A stretch of 42,200 bases of DNA from a virus. Its lineage: Duplodnaviria; Heunggongvirae; Uroviricota; Caudoviricetes. The translations under genes were made by a program, and so were the position numbers. Location: IMG/VR virus record IMGVR_UViG_2522572164_000007; one strand, given 5' to 3'. Positions 37,808 to 42,200 of this stretch are shown piece after piece. The notes below the pieces were generated by a model, which was not told the DNA's origin, did not search any database, and was given only the letters and a program-made list of their open reading frames with translations. The first letter of the stretch is position 1. Every line of letters starts with the position of its first letter.

Positions 37808-38035
37808 TTAGCTGACTTGTTTCGCACCAACAGAACGGCATATTCCGCTGTAAACGTCTGTCGCACCTTCGCGATCAAGTCCGGCAGATATCACCATTCG
37901 TGTGCGGTCATTAAATTCAAAAAGTAAATCGCCACATGCTTTATTTTCGGCCAGTGAAATCACCTTCACGTTATCGAAATTAACCAGGTAAAAGCGTCCG
38001 TAAATATCAGGAATATTAAATACCGCCATAATCAC
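37808..38035 (-). CDS. Hypothetical early protein at the position of Mu kil
   Basis: 75-aa ORF overlapping the end of the MuB-like gene (ATGA); Mu kil occupies this position and size, but identity is not shown by sequence. Confidence 0.4.
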   Translation of the reverse strand: MIMAVFNIPDIYGRFYLVNFDNVKVISLAENKACGDLLFEFNDRTRMVISAGLDREGATDVYSGICRSVGAKQVS

Positions 38036-38964
38036 ACCTGTGAGAGTAATTCAGGGTTGGTATAAACCTCTTTAAAGGCCGCATTAATATGTTTTTCTGT
38101 CAGCGCCGCGCCTTCACCGCTGGCGGTGAGCCACGCCTGGTTAAGCGTATGTGTCAGAACGCGTAATGCTCCCGGCTTTTCAGCGATAGCCTGCATGACG
38201 GCCAGCTCGGCCTCACCACTGATACCCCATGCCCTGGCAATGGCCAGCACATCCGCCTTTTTGGCCTTGCGAAGTTGTTTTGTACGGGCAAGACGGCTGA
38301 ACAGGCGCGATAAATCATCAAAGGCGCGGCGTCCACCTTTAAACAATCCGCGCGGGTTACCAATAAGCACCATCCCGATCCCCGTGGCGTCCTGAATTGC
38401 CCGGAGTTGCTCCAGACCGTCAATACCAAGATGATCCGCCTCATCCACAATCACCAGTCCACGCGTTCCCGTCAGGCGACGGCGGATGGCGCGGGATAAT
38501 GCCCCTTTGTTCGCGCGGGTGTAATCAATCCCCAGCGCATCGGCCAGCTCCAGCAGACACTCCGTGACGCTGGAGTGCGCGGGTGACAGGGTGATCATCC
38601 AGGTGTTTGGTTGCTCCTGGCAGTAATTACGGGCAGTGGCCGTTTTACCCACACCCGGTACGCCCACAATAACGTTAATACAGCCCATCAGGCGAACCGC
38701 CTGAAACAGTGCGCGCAGCTCCTGGACTGTCTGAGTTTCCACAAACTGCGGCGGTTCCGGCAGTGCGCTTTGTTTATTCCAGTTCTCATACCAGGAGCGC
38801 AGGGAAGCAGCCACAGCGGCGTTATCGCCTTTATATTTCCCCTTGCGGAAAGCCGATAATGTGCCGTCGGAAATTCCCGCCTCTCTGGCGATGGCATACT
38901 GCGTCAGCACGCCGCCATCAATAAGTTCATCAATGGTCTTGATTACATCGTTTATATCGGTCAT
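38032..38964 (-). CDS. B: MuB-like AAA+ ATPase (target DNA activator)
   Basis: 310 aa; Walker A GVPGVGKT, Walker B LVIVDEADHL, N-terminal HTH; immediately downstream of the transposase. Confidence 0.85.
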   Translation of the reverse strand: MTDINDVIKTIDELIDGGVLTQYAIAREAGISDGTLSAFRKGKYKGDNAAVAASLRSWYENWNKQSALPEPPQFVETQTVQELRALFQAVRLMGCINVIVGVPGVGKTATARNYCQEQPNTWMITLSPAHSSVTECLLELADALGIDYTRANKGALSRAIRRRLTGTRGLVIVDEADHLGIDGLEQLRAIQDATGIGMVLIGNPRGLFKGGRRAFDDLSRLFSRLARTKQLRKAKKADVLAIARAWGISGEAELAVMQAIAEKPGALRVLTHTLNQAWLTASGEGAALTEKHINAAFKEVYTNPELLSQV

Positions 38965-39039
38965 ATTATTACCTCGCGTTTGTGTAGTTCCTTTGTTTAA
39001 TCAAATAACCTGAGTCGCCGCTCGGGTTATTTTTTTATT

Positions 39040-41130
39040 TCAGGCCAGAGGGTCATTTTCTTTTAATTTCGCTTCGAGCAACTGCAATCCCCGCTGGAAA
39101 TTACGCTCGTATTCTTCATCAGGCTCATCATCAACGGCAGGTTGCTGAACGGTCACCGTATTACCCACAGGGCGGTATATGTTTTCCAGCCAGGGCTCCT
39201 GCGGCTTGTGCTCCAGCACGTTGACAACCTCATCCTCGGCATCACGGATTTTTTCCTCTGCGCGTTTACGCATACCTTTAAGGCGTTGCTGCTGTTTGTA
39301 GTATTCCGCGCTGACCGGGAAGGCTTCGCGTTTATTGCCGTCCCATACCGCCTCGCAAATCACGCTGCCATCCGGGCGACGTACGGTAATTCGTTCGGCA
39401 TCATGAATGTCATAGCTGATAAGCACCTTGCGGCCATGCTCATCACTCAGCTCGGGCGCGTAGTAAATATTATTCAGCCAGCGTATTTCACAGCGTCTTA
39501 CAGGGCGTTCCACCATTGGCCGGAACATATCCCGCAGCTCAACATCGGACAGCCATTCAATTTCCGTGTCCTCTTCTGCCAGGCGTTTTTTTCTGAACTC
39601 CGCCGGGCTGTAATGCTTCCCGTTCGGCTTCATGGGTAATTCATCGTGCGGCCGGTTGTTGTACCACTCAACGCCATCACGAATGGCATCAATCAGTTCA
39701 GACCAGGACGGTAAATCACGCATCGCTGACTGTTGCCGGGCGTTCAGCCGTTTGCCCTGTTGCAGGGCGGTAAATGCCGAGCGTAAATCGCGGTTGGTTT
39801 TGCGTAACGTCTCGCGATCTGCACCTTTCCCGAAATAGGTGCGGTATTTACGGGCTATGCGCATCGGTAATGTGCGGTTAAGCCGTTCGATAATGCCTCG
39901 CCCCTGCGGATTACCGGCAATCCCGGTCGGGTGATTAATCCCCAGTCGCGGCAGTATCCCCACAACCTCCTTATCCAGGACGTCGGCGGTTTCCCCGGAG
40001 CCGTTATCCGAGTAATACAGAAACGGTTTGCCGTGATGGCGAATGCCGTGCTGTATGGCACCGGCTACGGCGAAAACATTTTCAGCCAGGTCAAGGCTCC
40101 AGCCCACCACAAAGCGCGTGCCACCGTCGATAACAAAGGTCACTTCCGGTGCAAATGGCCGACCGTGAACCGGGTGTGCGCATTTCAGCTTCATGCCGTG
40201 ACCGTCACCAATCCAGACATAATTCACCGGCATTCTGGACCAGTCGCGGCGCGTGAATCCCTCAAGCTGGCGGTATTCACTGCCGGTCACCCGGCCTTTT
40301 TGTTTCACCACTTCCGGCAGTTTCTTCATTGCGCGGCGGATGGTGTCGTAAGACGGCATGATATCGAGCATATAAGGCTCATCAGCGTGCCGGTGCTGCC
40401 ATTCAGCGACAAAATCCTCGTAAGCCTCGGTCATTGGTCGGCCGTTTGACTGGCGATACTGCGCCAGAAATTCGGGCAGCCAGTTAATATCTTCGGCTTT
40501 TATTTCCTGGCGCTTACCAGGTGCCAGCAAAAGCAGGCGTTCAGCGGCGTTCTGCGCCTTGTTAAAGGCTGCAATCCAGCGTTTCAGCGTGATTTCACTC
40601 AACGCACGGCTGTTTCCCTTTTTGGCGTTCGCCGTCTCAACCATTGCCACAATGCGCTCGTCCAGTTGCGAACGTGCCAGGTTGTCAACGATAAACCGGA
40701 TAGCCTTCGCACAGCTGAAACCAGGTTGTTGCGCGACTTTCAGAACTTCGCTGACGATCGCGATTCGTGCATCAGCCACCTGGCGCTGGTTTTCAGTCAG
40801 GGCATTGAGGCGTTCAACCATCAGTTGTGGTGATCCGCGATATGCCTCCACCGCATCAACCACGGCAGGCGAGCGTCTGGCCTTTGTCACCACCGGAGCC
40901 GGTGATTCATCAGCTTTTTGCGTCATCAGTTGAAGGGCATAACGTTCACGCAATACTTGTTGCGCGCCAGAAGGCAAACAATCGATATTAAATTCGATTG
41001 CTTTTGTCCCCTTACGTTTGCGTAACATGGCTGCATTTCCCGCAGCTGCTTTTGTGAGTCGATGGCGAATGTTATGTTCCATCATTGGTAAATCAGGAAG
41101 ACCAACACATTCTTTTGCTGTTACCCACAT
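39040..41130 (-). CDS. A: MuA-like DDE transposase
   Basis: 696-aa ORF; size and position between ner and B. Confidence 0.85.
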   Translation of the reverse strand: MWVTAKECVGLPDLPMMEHNIRHRLTKAAAGNAAMLRKRKGTKAIEFNIDCLPSGAQQVLRERYALQLMTQKADESPAPVVTKARRSPAVVDAVEAYRGSPQLMVERLNALTENQRQVADARIAIVSEVLKVAQQPGFSCAKAIRFIVDNLARSQLDERIVAMVETANAKKGNSRALSEITLKRWIAAFNKAQNAAERLLLLAPGKRQEIKAEDINWLPEFLAQYRQSNGRPMTEAYEDFVAEWQHRHADEPYMLDIMPSYDTIRRAMKKLPEVVKQKGRVTGSEYRQLEGFTRRDWSRMPVNYVWIGDGHGMKLKCAHPVHGRPFAPEVTFVIDGGTRFVVGWSLDLAENVFAVAGAIQHGIRHHGKPFLYYSDNGSGETADVLDKEVVGILPRLGINHPTGIAGNPQGRGIIERLNRTLPMRIARKYRTYFGKGADRETLRKTNRDLRSAFTALQQGKRLNARQQSAMRDLPSWSELIDAIRDGVEWYNNRPHDELPMKPNGKHYSPAEFRKKRLAEEDTEIEWLSDVELRDMFRPMVERPVRRCEIRWLNNIYYAPELSDEHGRKVLISYDIHDAERITVRRPDGSVICEAVWDGNKREAFPVSAEYYKQQQRLKGMRKRAEEKIRDAEDEVVNVLEHKPQEPWLENIYRPVGNTVTVQQPAVDDEPDEEYERNFQRGLQLLEAKLKENDPLA

Positions 41131-41140
41131 ACATCCCCCA

Positions 41141-41407
41141 TCAAGCCACTTCTCTGGCGTCCACCTGGTATCTGCTGGGCCAGATTACAGCAGGTTCAAC
41201 CCCTATTTTTTCGGCGATGGCGGCTTCGTATTTACGGCACTGGCGGTAAAACACATTGCGCATTGATCCGCTTTTTAATCCTAACTCCCTTTCCAGTTCA
41301 GGGAGGTCTGTGCCTTTGTTTTCAAGGGCTGCATATACCGCTTTAGCAGACCAGTCACACCCCTCTCGAACAAACAAATTATTCGATGCTTGTCTGGATA
41401 CCCTCAT
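41141..41407 (-). CDS. ner: Ner-like DNA-binding regulator
   Basis: 88 aa; C-terminal ...EPAVIWPSRYQ... matches the Mu Ner motif (...KPEVIWPSRYQ). Confidence 0.75.
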   Translation of the reverse strand: MRVSRQASNNLFVREGCDWSAKAVYAALENKGTDLPELERELGLKSGSMRNVFYRQCRKYEAAIAEKIGVEPAVIWPSRYQVDAREVA

Positions 41408-41423
41408 TGTGTGATCCTCTCAT

Positions 41424-41469
41424 GTTTACCTAAACCGATAATCAAAACCGGTTATCGATTTAGGTAAAC
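41424..41469. promoter_or_regulatory. Operator-like dyad between ner and the repressor gene
   Basis: GTTTACCTAAACCGATAA - 10 bp - TTATCGATTTAGGTAAAC; 17 of 18 bases form an inverted repeat. Confidence 0.5.
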
Positions 41470-41558
41470 GATACTCGAACAATAATCCGAGATCAAGCTT
41501 TTTGTTCGGTTTATTGTTTGGTTTTTCTTTTGTGCGTTTTTGTAGGAAAACCATTTTT

Positions 41559-42200
41559 ATGACAAATAGTTATGAAGAAAAAACCGATGTGAAAAGGGAA
41601 AAGTTAGATCGGATTATTAGCCGGAGCACAATAAACCGCTTTGGTGAAAGGCTCAAAGTGGCCATGAAAGGGATGAGTAATGCCGAATTAGCGAGACGAA
41701 GTGGCATGTCCGAAACAACAATAAGGAAATACCTACAGGGAAAGATTTACCCTGCACTTGATAGCCTGGCTATTGTTGCTGACGCTTGCGGGGTATCTCT
41801 GACTTGGCTCGCGACTGGAGAACAACAAGCAAACCAAACAATAGTTCGAGATGATGCTAAACAAAATTATGACAATGAGTATGAATTACTCATTCACTTA
41901 CTTCATAAGCTCAAAAAAGAAGAATGTGTATTACTGGTTGATTTCATATCGCGTGAGGGCGTAAACACCCTTATAAGATTGGTGGCAATGAATGCCTCTA
42001 CGATCAGCCAGGATGCCGTAGAAAGCATCATTGATACGTTACCGTTACGTCCAGTGCTAAAAAATGCAATAAAAGTAGGAATGGCGGGAAGCGAAGACAC
42101 TGACAAAGAGATTTTGCGCGTTATTGAGAAGTACAACTCGAGCAATAACGCCACCCAGGAATCAAGGGCAGTGACAGTAAAGAAAAATGTTGTTGGTTAA
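41559..42200 (+). CDS. Prophage repressor, XRE-family HTH
   Basis: ORF 41502..42200 trimmed to the ATG at 41559 with an AGGAAA RBS; HTH SNAELARRSGMSETTIRKYLQGK; divergent from ner, as Mu c is. Confidence 0.6.
   Translation: MTNSYEEKTDVKREKLDRIISRSTINRFGERLKVAMKGMSNAELARRSGMSETTIRKYLQGKIYPALDSLAIVADACGVSLTWLATGEQQANQTIVRDDAKQNYDNEYELLIHLLHKLKKEECVLLVDFISREGVNTLIRLVAMNASTISQDAVESIIDTLPLRPVLKNAIKVGMAGSEDTDKEILRVIEKYNSSNNATQESRAVTVKKNVVG

Noticed and set aside
1-42200. tRNA or other structured RNA genes
   Set aside because: No cloverleaf-compatible segments or conserved tRNA boxes noticed by eye; not assessable rigorously without a tool.

Overview
Most of this window (about 3.2 to 42.2 kb) is a Mu-like transposable prophage in inverted orientation; almost all genes are on the minus strand. 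All calls rest on reading the supplied ORF translations and the sequence by eye and on recalled family features; no database search was run. Reading right to left: an XRE-type repressor and Ner-like regulator flank a perfect dyad operator; MuA transposase and MuB ATPase follow; then an early region of about 14 small ORFs (Gam-like, GemA-like, the rest unassigned); a single Mor/C-family activator; a lysis cassette (SAR endolysin, overlapping spanin candidates); a complete Mu-type head and contractile-tail block; a Gin-controlled invertible tail-fibre segment; and a com-mom module with a GATC-rich regulatory region. Two things stand out as non-canonical: a moron block between gin and com (a NanS-p-like SGNH esterase plus three small genes), and an invertible segment that carries only one tail-fibre assembly gene. 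The left 3.2 kb holds a truncated IS66-family element, two tandem Cys-rich paralogues and a YagK/YfjJ-like gene. The prophage attL lies beyond the right edge. I could not assign any locus to a known defence system from sequence alone; the early region, the gin-com moron block and the Cys-rich pair are the best candidates for something undescribed.
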